From a virus: 64,000 nucleotides of DNA. The position numbers and the translations under genes are program-made. Each line of letters begins with the position of its first letter. Position 1 is the stretch's first letter. The stretch is taken from positions 32,001-96,000 of the IMG/VR virus record IMGVR_UViG_3300010885_057925; one strand, 5' to 3'. The notes under the pieces are model-generated. The model was not told the origin of the DNA, made no database searches, and saw only the letters and a list, made by a program, of their open reading frames with translations. Of the stretch, positions 10,627 to 20,515 are shown in pieces.

Positions 10627-10904
10627 CACGAGAATCGACGAAGCCGCGCAGGAGCTTCACCTCTGTGCATTCCGAGCATCGCTCGGGTCTGAGCGTCGTT
10701 CTGATGGGCTGCTCGGGTTGGATCACCCTTCTCTGAAGCTCTTGTGAGCTCCTTATTGAGACGGGTGATGAACCAACTCCTGTACTGCACCGGGATATTG
10801 TAGCATTCCCAGTAGCTGAACCCCATGTAATACATGAGGAGGAACGACTGCTCGAGGTAGTACTCCCTATCGCTCGGCGTCAGGCCAAAAAAAGCTTGCC
10901 CCAA
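10626..10904 (-). CDS. Tail chaperone second ORF (gpT-like extension, probably made by +1 frameshift from the upstream gene)
   Basis: Overlaps the upstream gene in the +1 frame across a T7 run. FLLMYYMGFSYWECYNIPVQYRSWFI resembles the C-terminal parts of chaperones/gp51-like proteins. Confidence 0.7.
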   Translation of the reverse strand: MGQAFFGLTPSDREYYLEQSFLLMYYMGFSYWECYNIPVQYRSWFITRLNKELTRASEKGDPTRAAHQNDAQTRAMLGMHRGEAPARLRRFS

Positions 10905-11712
10905 GCGGGATTCGCACCTCGCTTATCTCGTTGCAGGATGGGCAGTCGAGCTCTCCCTTCATGTCGATGCCGGGTTCGCTGGAGTCGATATGACGGCGTA
11001 GCTCCATCGAGTCGCGGGCGGGCATGTTCCTGATGAATCCGTTGATCGCACCGCGGTCTGTCTTGCTGTCGATCGCCACGATGGAGTACTGGAGACGGGA
11101 GGTGACGAGGTTGTCAGCAAGAGCCCCCTGCTTCTTGGCGCGCTCGAGGACGGTGTTGATCTCCTCCTCATCACGACCCGTGAGGAACTTGAAGTGGACC
11201 GTCTTCTTCGTGATCGGAAGCTTGAACTCGAAAATGTTCCTGCCGCTCTCGATTGGAGCATACTCGAGCCGCTTGATGGGAAGAGCCGAGAGATCGAACG
11301 TCTGCTTCGACCTAGCATTGCACTTCGGGCACTCCGCCTCGACGTTGTAGTCAGAGCCATAACCGGTGATCCGAAGAGCGACCATGATCGCATTTCTGTC
11401 TCCGACCAGCATGTCAGAAACGTTTATCCTCTTGTCCGTCAGGCAGCTCTTGATGAGCTCCGTGATAACCGTTCCTTTCTTGATGAGAGCACGGGAGGTG
11501 AGGATGTCCTCCTCACGAGCTGTCATCGCGCGAATATCGATCGTCTCTTGACCATGAAGGGGGGACTCCGGAGAATACGCGACACCGTTGGAGGGAAGTG
11601 GGACCGATTCGATCGGCACCTCGTATCCGAAATCGTCCTTCATAACATCACGGGTCTGAATTCCTGCGGGAACTGCGCCACCGAACAGCGCGCTGCGATC
11701 TGTCTCTGCCAA
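10867..11712 (-). CDS. Tail/baseplate assembly chaperone (T4 gp26/gp51-like), two CxxC motifs
   Basis: GGGAG SD with TTG start; VPLPSNG..Y, IRAMTAREEDIL, GDRNAIMVALRITGYG, CPKC and CPSC; ends FFWP; located between tube and tape measure. Confidence 0.75.
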   Translation of the reverse strand: MAETDRSALFGGAVPAGIQTRDVMKDDFGYEVPIESVPLPSNGVAYSPESPLHGQETIDIRAMTAREEDILTSRALIKKGTVITELIKSCLTDKRINVSDMLVGDRNAIMVALRITGYGSDYNVEAECPKCNARSKQTFDLSALPIKRLEYAPIESGRNIFEFKLPITKKTVHFKFLTGRDEEEINTVLERAKKQGALADNLVTSRLQYSIVAIDSKTDRGAINGFIRNMPARDSMELRRHIDSSEPGIDMKGELDCPSCNEISEVRIPLGASFFWPDAER

Positions 11713-11781
11713 TTGAATACTCCCAAAAGTTGCTAATGCAATTCTTTATCGCAGCTAGAGTTCGTAAACATGGCACGACTC

Positions 11782-11820
11782 AAAAGAAAACAAGCTCCGG
11801 AGATCGACTCTCGGAGCTTG
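11782..11820 (-). terminator. Rho-independent terminator after tail tube gene
   Basis: Minus strand CAAGCTCCG-AGAGTCGATCTC-CGGAGCTTG followed by TTTTCTTTT. Confidence 0.8.
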
Positions 11821-11862
11821 CTGACTCTTCAGTTCGATAGAAAAATCTATCGAATCATCACG

Positions 11863-12351
11863 TCAATACTGCAACACACAGTTGTCGAAGCGGAGCGTGA
11901 GCGAGATTTCCATGGGATCGTCACCGTCGTAAGCGAGATCACCGAAACCAGCCGACGTAATGAATGCTCCCTTGATGTCCCAGAGCTCGACGACGGTACC
12001 GACGGGGTCGAGCATCTTGAGCTGGCAGTCACGCTTGTAGAAGTCAGCGTAACCAGCGCGGCCTGACACCGACTCGAAGTGGGTACGAACCCATTCCATG
12101 ACCTGCTGCGCACCGGACGGTGCGATGGCATCGTAAAGAGTCACATCGAGAGTGTCGAATGTGGTCTTACCGGCGATGTAGCGGCGAGAGTTGATCCAGG
12201 GGATCTCCTTCTCCTCAGTCTTCACGCTGGGACGCTTCGTCGACTTGATGAGGTAAGCGTCAATTCCTTCGATCGCGAATACCCATCGGTTCTTCCTCTT
12301 TGGTTCGAACTTGTTGGGTAACATGTCAGTGACTGAGAGTGTCTCGGCCAT
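11863..12351 (-). CDS. gp19: Tail tube protein (T4 gp19-like)
   Basis: FEPKRKNRW, YIAGKTTF, VMEW, GYADFYK, LDPVGTVVELWDIKGAF, ISLTLRFD; directly after the sheath; GGAG SD. Confidence 0.9.
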   Translation of the reverse strand: MAETLSVTDMLPNKFEPKRKNRWVFAIEGIDAYLIKSTKRPSVKTEEKEIPWINSRRYIAGKTTFDTLDVTLYDAIAPSGAQQVMEWVRTHFESVSGRAGYADFYKRDCQLKMLDPVGTVVELWDIKGAFITSAGFGDLAYDGDDPMEISLTLRFDNCVLQY

Positions 12352-12367
12352 TTTATCTCCTGTTCCT

Positions 12368-12374
12368 TAACTAT
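12368..12374 (-). promoter_or_regulatory. Putative late promoter ATANNTA (ATAGTTA)
   Basis: 16 nt upstream of the tail tube start. Confidence 0.5.
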
Positions 12375-12392
12375 TGTGTTTGTCTTAAAATC

Positions 12393-15300
12393 TTAGAAAC
12401 TCGCGGCGTTTCTTGCTTCAAAGTCGATTGAGATGAACTCTGCCGACTTTGTGGGCTGGAGGAAGATCTTTCCGCGGATGGTGTTATTCTCGATATCGGC
12501 CTGTGTCGTTGTCGTCGTGTCGATCTGGACACGGTAACGGTCAACGCCACGCTGCTCCTGAACCTGCTTCATGATCGGTGAGACCGCTGCATTAAAGCGA
12601 GCAATCGTTGCCTCTCTGTTCGGCTCGAAGAGGATCGTGTTGGCGACGGCGCGGACGCGACGACGAACCTCGATCAGGAGTCGTCGAACGTTGATACGAT
12701 CAAGGGAGCTACCTTCTGCGAGGAGAGTACGCTGACCATTTACGACAGGGCCGACGCCGGGGGCGGACACAAGCGGATTGATGCCAGCGTCGTAGACTGT
12801 GTCAACGTTCTCAACAAGGAACTTGGTACCGAGCTCCTCAACGTTGAGAACCGCGCGATTGTAGCCAGCTGGTGCCGTCCAGGCGTAACCGAGAGAGTCG
12901 TTCTGCGCGAAAGCTCCGAGAACTGGAACTGAGGCGGGAACGCGGACTCTACGAGCTGGATCAGCGGGAAGTCCCATCACGGCATCCGGGAAGTAAGCAG
13001 CTCCGAAAGAGTTGTTCAGACCACGATTCGTGAAGCGTGTTGTTGTGTAGCTGACGTTGACTGCCGGATACGAGCTAGCTCCGAGAGAAGCTGTGATGAA
13101 GTTGTTCTGACCGTCCTTGTGCTCAACGTCCATGATGTAGAGGGCATCGAAACGCGTCTGCATCGCGGAGAGAGCGTAGTCAGTGACAACCGGATGACGC
13201 TGACCGGGAATCGCGAGGAGGTGGACATCGGCAAACGCCTTCTCTCCCATGATATCGACTGCCTTCCTGTAAGCAGCGACCGTGGGACCAGAGAGACCGC
13301 CCTGGTTCGAGTTGTCCATCTCGCGGCGGGTTGCAGCGTCAGTCATGCGAAGCTTGCTGGAGTCGAAGATGTTGGCACCGTCGAATCCACCCTGCATGAA
13401 TGTCGTGAGCTTCAGGTAGCTTCTAACTGAAGCATTTGAGAAGTCAGTCGGTGCGGCGATGAACCTTCCACCGATCGAGTTGTCAATGGCGCCATCGCGC
13501 TGGTAAACAGCCTCGTCCCAACGAGCTCCGTCAATCAGACCGTCAGATCCAGTCTGGACCTGAACTCTCTCGAGTGTGAAGCGATTGTTGTTGAAACGAT
13601 CGGCGTCAAGAACCGAGCCGCTGACATCTGCCGCGCCGGCGTTGTCACCGACCCAGGGGTTCTGGTAGGTCGTGTGGAACCTTGGGAAGTACTTCGCCTG
13701 CTGGGCGAGGGAAGCATCTCGAGTCGCTGCGGTGGTCGTTGAAACACCATCGTTGGGACGGGAGACAGAGTTCGCTGTGTCGAACTGGACGCCCCAGTAG
13801 TACTTGCTCTCTCCGACGGCAGTTGTTGCACCAGACGCACCACCGACGGTGATGGAGCGACGGAAAGGAATCGGGGGCTGACGTGCGCCTGTGGTGGGAA
13901 CGCTAAGATGCGCCGAGCTGTGCAGGCTTCCCGTGGATAGGAATCCTGTTCCAGCCGTGACAAGATGGTAATGACCGCGGAAGCCGACGGGCAGGGAGCT
14001 AACGGGTACAAGCTTGTCGATCACTTCGTCGGAGAGCTCGATGCGAACTCGTTGGGAGACCTTACCGTACAGACCTTCCTCGACTATCTTCTGCGATCCA
14101 GCAGCGCGATCGAAATCGTAGTAGGTGTTGAGATCGCCGATCTTCTTTCCTACGAAGTTGTCGCTATCAGGATCGAGATCGCAATCGAGATAGGACTCGA
14201 GAACGACGGGTGAATCGTCGGTGTCATTCCAGTCGCGGATCTCGACGGTGAACCTACCGTAAGCGCCCTCAGTCGTGGGAGCCTTGATGTTCTTGATCGA
14301 AACCTTGTACAGATCGTTCGCGTATGCACCGTCAGAGCGTGCGTGGATCTTGAAAAGATCCTTCGGGCTGTTACCCTGCGAGATGAAGAACGGAGTGGAT
14401 GGGTGGGTGAACCTATCCTCAAAGTTCTCATAGTTCGGGAAAACAGAAGTGCCGTCGTTGTAAGCCCGCGAGCCCGTTAGGCAGAACGCAACCTCCTCGA
14501 TCGCAGCAGTGGTGCTCACACGGCGGATGTTGGCCTGCGCAGCGACTCCTGAACCTGTAACCACCGCGTATGCATCGAAGATATCGTAGTGGGAGTAGAG
14601 CACGTAGCCGGCTCTCTCGAGAGCAAGCGGATCACGGTTGAACGTGTTGGCGAAGTATCCCTGATCCTTCGGGTTGAATGAAGCCGTGAGGATGCTGGGG
14701 TATTCGGCCGAGTCTGCGTGACCGTTGAGGAGGAGCACGAAATCCTGCTTTCCGCTGCGAAGATCGACAGATCCGGTGAACCAACCTTTCGCAGGAGATG
14801 CACCAACTGCCGTAGTACCGTACGTGTCTGATGTCGTACCCGGGGCGGAGCTCGAGAGAGTGAGCTGGACGCCCGACGCTGCCATGAGCACGCCTCTGAC
14901 GATGGGGGCTGCAGCAGTTGAGGTCTGAATCCCAGATTCTGAGAAGACCCAAGATCCTGCAGACTCTGACATATAGCAACCGAGGAAGTACGTTCTTCCG
15001 CTGATGCCACCTGCGACTGCGTAAGGATTGTTTCCGAGCTGTCCGTTTCCTTCCTGGATCTGCTTCGATCCAACGACGAATCCGGCGTTCGTAACTCTTC
15101 CGGTGTTGTTTCCGCTTGTCGTGCGCTTGTTTCCGTCGCCCGCGCCGAGAACTCGAACGTAAGTTCCAGCCGATGCGTTTCTCAACCATTCGTTGAGAGC
15201 TAACGGAGCGAACGTGTCTGCGTCTGCGTTTCCGAACTCTCTGCTGAATTGTGAGTTATTGGCGAAAGTGACAGGGACGAATGCAACGCCCTGATTCGCA

Positions 15301-15395
15301 GTTCCAATAACACCGGCCGAGCGGCCGGAGGGCTGCGCCTCGACCACTCCACCTGTGCTGTCAATCTCCCTAACGCTTATGCCTGGGGCTGCCAT
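12393..15395 (-). CDS. gp18: Tail sheath protein, paralogue 2 (1000 aa)
   Basis: N-terminal PGISVREID; C-terminal sheath signature WTAPAGYNRA...GINPL...GQRTL...RINVRRLL...FEPN...PTKSAEFISIDF. Confidence 0.92.
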   Translation of the reverse strand: MAAPGISVREIDSTGGVVEAQPSGRSAGVIGTANQGVAFVPVTFANNSQFSREFGNADADTFAPLALNEWLRNASAGTYVRVLGAGDGNKRTTSGNNTGRVTNAGFVVGSKQIQEGNGQLGNNPYAVAGGISGRTYFLGCYMSESAGSWVFSESGIQTSTAAAPIVRGVLMAASGVQLTLSSSAPGTTSDTYGTTAVGASPAKGWFTGSVDLRSGKQDFVLLLNGHADSAEYPSILTASFNPKDQGYFANTFNRDPLALERAGYVLYSHYDIFDAYAVVTGSGVAAQANIRRVSTTAAIEEVAFCLTGSRAYNDGTSVFPNYENFEDRFTHPSTPFFISQGNSPKDLFKIHARSDGAYANDLYKVSIKNIKAPTTEGAYGRFTVEIRDWNDTDDSPVVLESYLDCDLDPDSDNFVGKKIGDLNTYYDFDRAAGSQKIVEEGLYGKVSQRVRIELSDEVIDKLVPVSSLPVGFRGHYHLVTAGTGFLSTGSLHSSAHLSVPTTGARQPPIPFRRSITVGGASGATTAVGESKYYWGVQFDTANSVSRPNDGVSTTTAATRDASLAQQAKYFPRFHTTYQNPWVGDNAGAADVSGSVLDADRFNNNRFTLERVQVQTGSDGLIDGARWDEAVYQRDGAIDNSIGGRFIAAPTDFSNASVRSYLKLTTFMQGGFDGANIFDSSKLRMTDAATRREMDNSNQGGLSGPTVAAYRKAVDIMGEKAFADVHLLAIPGQRHPVVTDYALSAMQTRFDALYIMDVEHKDGQNNFITASLGASSYPAVNVSYTTTRFTNRGLNNSFGAAYFPDAVMGLPADPARRVRVPASVPVLGAFAQNDSLGYAWTAPAGYNRAVLNVEELGTKFLVENVDTVYDAGINPLVSAPGVGPVVNGQRTLLAEGSSLDRINVRRLLIEVRRRVRAVANTILFEPNREATIARFNAAVSPIMKQVQEQRGVDRYRVQIDTTTTTQADIENNTIRGKIFLQPTKSAEFISIDFEARNAASF

Positions 15396-15415
15396 TAAAA
15401 GCTCCTATCCTCGTG

Positions 15416-15422
15416 TAACTAT
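15416..15422 (-). promoter_or_regulatory. Putative late promoter ATANNTA (ATAGTTA)
   Basis: 20 nt upstream of the sheath 2 start. Confidence 0.5.
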
Positions 15423-15428
15423 TCTGGA

Positions 15429-18400
15429 TCAGACGAACTCGACGCCCGCCGGGGTGATGATAAAGTCGACCGCGATGAATTCGACTGCGCGGGTTGGGAC
15501 GAACACGATACGACCATTCAGTCTGCTGGCCGCGATGTCAGCTGGCGTATTGTTTGTCTCGTCCATGACGATTCTGAACTGCTCGATTCCGGCCTGCGCG
15601 CGGACGAGATTCAAGAGTGGTGTTGCCTGATCGATGAAACGCTGACGCGTGGTCTTGTCGTTCGGCTCGAAGATGAGACCGCGTGCCACCGCAGCGATGA
15701 CTCTCTTAAGCTCGAGGAAGAGACGACGGACGTTGACGCGATCCAGGGCCGACTTCGAGAGCTGCAGGGTCTTCTGTCCGAAGATGACGAACCCGCTTCC
15801 CGGGAATGTACCGATCGGGTTGATGTTTGCCTCGTAGAGGCTGTCACGATCCGCAGTGCTGAGACGAACCTCAACGTTCGAGACGAAATCGAGAGCTCCC
15901 CTGTTGAATCCTGCCGGAGCGTACCACGGGTACGAGACCTTATCACTGTAGGCAAGAGCGCCGAGAGCAGCGATTGAAGCGGGTACCTTGACGCGTCGGG
16001 CTGCGGCAGCGTCATTGACGTAGACATCCGGGAAGTACGTTGCTACGTAGCTGTTGTTGACGCCGCGAGAAGCGAAAGCGTCGATTGTCTTGGAGACGTT
16101 GGGACGACCCGCCGAATCATCGAAGAGTCTTACGTTGTTGTCATCATACGCCGGTGTGTCCATGACGTACATTCCGAAAGCGTAGGAATCGAGGCGACGC
16201 GCGAGGTACTCGGTCACGAGTGGGTCCTTGACACCGGGAACAGCGATCATGTTGACGTTGACTGTCAGCTTGTCGGTCATCATGCGGGAAGCAGCGCGGT
16301 AGGAGTTGACTGCGTTGTTCGCGAGTTCCTCTCCACCAGCGTTGTATCCAAGACCAGAAGCTGCAATCGGAGCAGCACCTACAGCGGCGCGCCCGCCAGC
16401 TTCGGTTGATGTTGCACGGTCACCGAGAAGAGCAGCAGCTTCGTCAAAGATGTTGACGCCGTCGAAACCACCGTAGAACATCGTCGAGAACTTCGCGTAC
16501 TCAGAGAACTTGTTAAACGTCTGCGCTGAGCCTGAGAGCAGAGACGCGAATGTCAGGCGATCGAGAGACGCTCCCGCGTCGTTGATCCTGTAATCCGTCG
16601 TAGAGGGAACACCGTTTCTGATGTAAGCAGCTTCTCTGATGTGAGACTCAACCGTTCCAGTGATGTCAGAAAGAGTCTGGTTGGAGAAAGCGACGCGGGC
16701 GAGAGTGAACTTGTTCGCGTTGAACGCGTCCGCATCAGAGCCCGTCACCAGCGCGTTGAGCTTCTGGATTCCCTGCATCTTCGCGTACGAAGTGATGAGG
16801 GAGTTGAACTCGGTTCCAGCGTTAGCGTTCATGACCGCGTTGGTCACGGAGCCGGTGGACGGAAGACGCTCGAACTTGACGCCCCAGTGAAGCCTCGAGT
16901 CAGGCGTCTCCAAGGGATCTGCTGCACCGATGTAGTTCAAACCGGCGAGAGCGCCCTGGGTGACCTTGAAGCGGAAGGGGAGCGGGGGAACGATCGCCGA
17001 ATCGAGCGTGTTGAACGTGCCGACGCCCTCCAGTCTCGTGGGACCGCCTGGTGTGCCATAGCTGCGCCCGCCGAGTGAGAGAGTCGCCGAAGTGTCGGTA
17101 AGTGTCTGGGTCGTTCTAACAACGGGAATACCCCTGAAACCGAAAGGAAGAGCTGACGCTGGGACCAGACCTGAATCAAGCTGGGTGGAGGGGACGACCC
17201 TTATGCGACGGCTGACGTTCGGGTAACGACCGCTCACCTGCAGGCGACGCTCAGACTCATCGACAGCGTCGAAGTTGAACGTGACCTTCTTGTCTCCGAC
17301 CTTCCGGGCAATGAAATTGGCGCTTGAAGGATTCAGATCACAACCGCCGAACACCTCAAGTATCCGCGGGTTCGTGTCGGTGTCATAGAGGTCTCTAACG
17401 ATGACATCGAACGTTCCATACGGGTTCTTCGGGTCAACGGACGCTCTCACATTCGCGATAGAAACCTTGCAAACTTCATTGGCACCCGCGCCGTCGGACA
17501 GAGTCTCAAAATTGAATAGATCGTACTCCATCGATCCATAAGGCTGTGAGATGATCGCAGGAGTTCTAGCGTTCGAGTAACGTGTATCGTATCGACCGAA
17601 GTTTTGCAGGTAAGCGCTTGAACCAGAGAGGATCGCGACGTGTCCCATTCCGACCGTGTCGATTCCCGTGAGCTCATCCTCGACAGCGAAGTCGAGGTAG
17701 AGACAGTGCTGCTCTTCCTGGAGACGACGGGGATCAGTGTTAAGAACCTTGCCGAAATAATCAGAAGAGCGAGGGTCAAGAGAGGCCGTGACCATCTTGA
17801 CACCGCCGATTCCGTCGGTGGAAGAGAACGCTGAACCGAGAGAAGAAGAGATCGCGAACTTGAACTTCTTGTAGGTCGGAGAAGCGCTGTTAAGATCGGT
17901 CGAGGCGACGTCGTCCGTCGAAGCTCCGGTTCCCGTCCACGCAGCACCCGAACCCGTCATATCGAGAAGCATACCACGCGCGCCGGTAGGGAACATAAGA
18001 ACGCCGCGAATGATATTCAGAGTGTCAGAAGATCCCGGATTGAAGCTTGGATTGTCGCTGAAGATCGGGAAGCCCTTCCATTCCGAAGGGTTGGTCGTGT
18101 CAGCTGGCAGAGCGTGACGAGCCGCGAGAAACTGAACGGTGTTCGTGTTGCGTAAATCACCGGGTGGGAGACCGACGTTGGATCCCGTGACCTTGAAACC
18201 AGCATTGCGCACGGTTCCCTGAGAAAGAGTGGTGTTGAAGTCTGATGTATTCGAGTTTGCACCGGCACCGAGGATCCTGATGAATGTAAGGGATCCCTTG
18301 TGCTTTAAAAATTCGTTCGCTGCGTAAGAGGCGGGGAACTTGGGGTCAAGTCCACCGAATCTAGCCTCGAAGTCCGAGAATGATGCCACCGTGGTGGGCA

Positions 18401-18527
18401 CGAAAGCGGGACCGGTGGCCGCCGCGCCGATAAGCCCACCCGGCACACCTGTGGGCTGCGCGCCCGGGGCGGCGAGTTCAATCTCCTGCTCAAAGAAACC
18501 AGGAGAGCGGAAGGTCTGTTCGGACAT
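15429..18527 (-). CDS. gp18: Tail sheath protein, paralogue 1 (1032 aa)
   Basis: N-terminal FRSPGFFEQEIE; C-terminal PWYAPAGFNRG...NINPI...FGQKTL...RVNVRRL...FEPND...PTRAVEFIAVDF. Confidence 0.92.
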   Translation of the reverse strand: MSEQTFRSPGFFEQEIELAAPGAQPTGVPGGLIGAAATGPAFVPTTVASFSDFEARFGGLDPKFPASYAANEFLKHKGSLTFIRILGAGANSNTSDFNTTLSQGTVRNAGFKVTGSNVGLPPGDLRNTNTVQFLAARHALPADTTNPSEWKGFPIFSDNPSFNPGSSDTLNIIRGVLMFPTGARGMLLDMTGSGAAWTGTGASTDDVASTDLNSASPTYKKFKFAISSSLGSAFSSTDGIGGVKMVTASLDPRSSDYFGKVLNTDPRRLQEEQHCLYLDFAVEDELTGIDTVGMGHVAILSGSSAYLQNFGRYDTRYSNARTPAIISQPYGSMEYDLFNFETLSDGAGANEVCKVSIANVRASVDPKNPYGTFDVIVRDLYDTDTNPRILEVFGGCDLNPSSANFIARKVGDKKVTFNFDAVDESERRLQVSGRYPNVSRRIRVVPSTQLDSGLVPASALPFGFRGIPVVRTTQTLTDTSATLSLGGRSYGTPGGPTRLEGVGTFNTLDSAIVPPLPFRFKVTQGALAGLNYIGAADPLETPDSRLHWGVKFERLPSTGSVTNAVMNANAGTEFNSLITSYAKMQGIQKLNALVTGSDADAFNANKFTLARVAFSNQTLSDITGTVESHIREAAYIRNGVPSTTDYRINDAGASLDRLTFASLLSGSAQTFNKFSEYAKFSTMFYGGFDGVNIFDEAAALLGDRATSTEAGGRAAVGAAPIAASGLGYNAGGEELANNAVNSYRAASRMMTDKLTVNVNMIAVPGVKDPLVTEYLARRLDSYAFGMYVMDTPAYDDNNVRLFDDSAGRPNVSKTIDAFASRGVNNSYVATYFPDVYVNDAAAARRVKVPASIAALGALAYSDKVSYPWYAPAGFNRGALDFVSNVEVRLSTADRDSLYEANINPIGTFPGSGFVIFGQKTLQLSKSALDRVNVRRLFLELKRVIAAVARGLIFEPNDKTTRQRFIDQATPLLNLVRAQAGIEQFRIVMDETNNTPADIAASRLNGRIVFVPTRAVEFIAVDFIITPAGVEFV

Positions 18528-18562
18528 TAATTTGCTCCTAAGCGTAAGGATAGTTCAGAAGC

Positions 18563-18569
18563 TAAGTAT
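18563..18569 (-). promoter_or_regulatory. Putative late promoter ATANNTA (ATACTTA)
   Basis: 35 nt upstream of the sheath 1 start. Confidence 0.5.
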
Positions 18570-18594
18570 CACGCTTGGAGTGAAACTTCGCAGC

Positions 18595-19857
18595 TTATGT
18601 GATGTCCTTGTTCGATCTAGCCGTAGCAGTGACAGTCGACAGAACCTCCTCTCCGTGCACCTTGGAGACATTTCGAACTTTGACTGTTACATCCATTGGC
18701 CTACCGGTCATCGGGTCAACAGAGAGGTTCCTGGTGGTGCTGGTGACCTTGATAGATGATGACTCGGTCCCGCCAAGAGCTGTCGATTCTTGAGGGGCGG
18801 AAGAGGTACCTTTTTTTTGCGTTCCGTGCGCAGAAAATTCTGCTTGTCCTATGGGCAAAGATCCGATAGCCCCCGTGAGAAGGGGATCATCGATCGTTGT
18901 GATGGGATCCAACATTCTAGAATCGTGACGCATATCCTGAACGCTACCCGGCAAATTCGCAGGTGATGCAGGGTCCTCGATTATTCCGAATGAGAATTGA
19001 GTCGCGGAAACGTGTCTGCGCGTTCCATTCGGAATACCCGGAAGATCTGGAGAGATAATGTACGCAGATACCTCGACGGTCAATGTGCTCTTGATGATCC
19101 TTTCCTCGTCCGTCATACCATCGAAATTATTATCAGAGCTGATTGCTGGTTCGAAAGTTGCCACGAACCAGTAGCCTGCAGGTGTTTCTATCCTGTAAGT
19201 GCGAGCTCGAGTGTTATGATATCCGCTCATGATCGTCGTCAGGATCGAGTTGCTGTGCTGGAGGTATTGTGCCCATAGCGTGATCTCATACTTCGCGGTG
19301 TAGAACTTCGGTGTTGGGATCGTGATGGTCTCGTAAAGTCCACCTGCCAGATTGGGCTCTAGCAATCTACCACCCGTTTTGCGTGAGGGCCTCGAAAGAG
19401 AGCTGGTTCGATTCCCCGCTCCGATCTGGGCATGCTCTAGGTTCAGAGAATTAACAACTCTCTGATAGAGCGGATCATCACTCGAGACTCTCCTTTTTAT
19501 AGAGATCGTCCCTGCGTCAGGCACCTCTATTATCTTGGGTGCCTGCTGCTCGATTCCCGTTCTCGTTATGGTAACGAGTGGTAGAATGAGAGCTCCGTTC
19601 TTGTCGCGCAGAGGTTCTCTTCTACGATTAATCGCGAACCGCTCTCCCGTGGCAAATATGACGGGGACCTTACGGGTCGTGCCGTCTTTCTGCTGATACA
19701 CTAGAGGTATATCATTATCGAAAAGTTTGAATAAGGCACGATCAACGTCTTCGAGACCGCATGAGGGAACAAGACGCTCTGGTATATTAGAGCCCTCGTA
19801 TCCCAGATTCAGTGACTCTACGCCGTATTTTTTCGTAGTTGAGAATCTGGTGCTCAT
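18595..19857 (-). CDS. Tail terminator / sheath stabiliser (gp15-like)
   Basis: VPVIFATGERF, LILPLVTITRTG, P.FYTAKYEITLW motifs; position between neck and sheath. Confidence 0.6.
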   Translation of the reverse strand: MSTRFSTTKKYGVESLNLGYEGSNIPERLVPSCGLEDVDRALFKLFDNDIPLVYQQKDGTTRKVPVIFATGERFAINRRREPLRDKNGALILPLVTITRTGIEQQAPKIIEVPDAGTISIKRRVSSDDPLYQRVVNSLNLEHAQIGAGNRTSSLSRPSRKTGGRLLEPNLAGGLYETITIPTPKFYTAKYEITLWAQYLQHSNSILTTIMSGYHNTRARTYRIETPAGYWFVATFEPAISSDNNFDGMTDEERIIKSTLTVEVSAYIISPDLPGIPNGTRRHVSATQFSFGIIEDPASPANLPGSVQDMRHDSRMLDPITTIDDPLLTGAIGSLPIGQAEFSAHGTQKKGTSSAPQESTALGGTESSSIKVTSTTRNLSVDPMTGRPMDVTVKVRNVSKVHGEEVLSTVTATARSNKDIT

Positions 19858-20510
19858 TCGTCACCGTAGAATGACGAATTGATTCCATCTGGCGACACTT
19901 TCTTCGGCCCCGTGAGCGGAGCGTCGAGCTTGCCATCAGCCTGAAGCTCTCGACGATCCGAAGTCTCGCCAAGTTCGTTCGTGGAGGATCCACGTTGCTG
20001 GACGAACGTATCCTGAGTGATCTTGTTCGTATCGAGATTCTGGGCTGCAGGACCGAGTTGCGTGACTCTGTTGATGAGACCTTCGCGAGCCTGCTTGCCA
20101 ACGAGTTTGTATCCTGTCACGTGCTCGACCTGTCCGAAGATCTTGCTGATCGAAATGACCTGCGCGATCTCGAACATGATCGATCCGTACGACATGAAAT
20201 CGCCCATCTTCATACGAAGATTCTTGTCGTTTAAATCCTGCGCGTGGACTCGAACTTCGATAGAATGATATTTCTCGCTTCCGAATTTGTTGGTTCTGAT
20301 TTCACCAGGTGACCATTCAACCAGCGCGTCGATCTCTATCGGAGGATCGAACACCTTCTCGATCGATTCTTCATAAACGTCGTGTACGGATGTTACGTCT
20401 GACCTGACAGGGTAGTAATAGATCTTCTGGCCTATCACGTCCTTCATGACCTCTTTCGTTAGATCACTGATCAGGTCTATTTCTCTAGGAGTGATAAAGA
20501 GTCTTGCCAT
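19854..20510 (-). CDS. Neck / head-closure protein (gp14-like)
   Basis: IGQKIYYY, VYEES..KVF.PPIEI, GDF motifs; follows the gp13-like gene. Confidence 0.7.
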   Translation of the reverse strand: MARLFITPREIDLISDLTKEVMKDVIGQKIYYYPVRSDVTSVHDVYEESIEKVFDPPIEIDALVEWSPGEIRTNKFGSEKYHSIEVRVHAQDLNDKNLRMKMGDFMSYGSIMFEIAQVISISKIFGQVEHVTGYKLVGKQAREGLINRVTQLGPAAQNLDTNKITQDTFVQQRGSSTNELGETSDRRELQADGKLDAPLTGPKKVSPDGINSSFYGDE

Positions 20511-20515
20511 CTCGA

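Noticed and set aside
11725-11770. Sigma70-like promoter (TTTACG...AAGAAT) before the chaperone gene
   Set aside because: The -10 match and spacing are too weak to call, although some promoter or read-through is needed after the tube terminator.
11863-18527. Extracellular contractile injection system/tailocin locus (multiple sheaths, tube, LysM)
   Set aside because: Capsid, scaffold, protease, portal and terminase are contiguous, so this is a phage.
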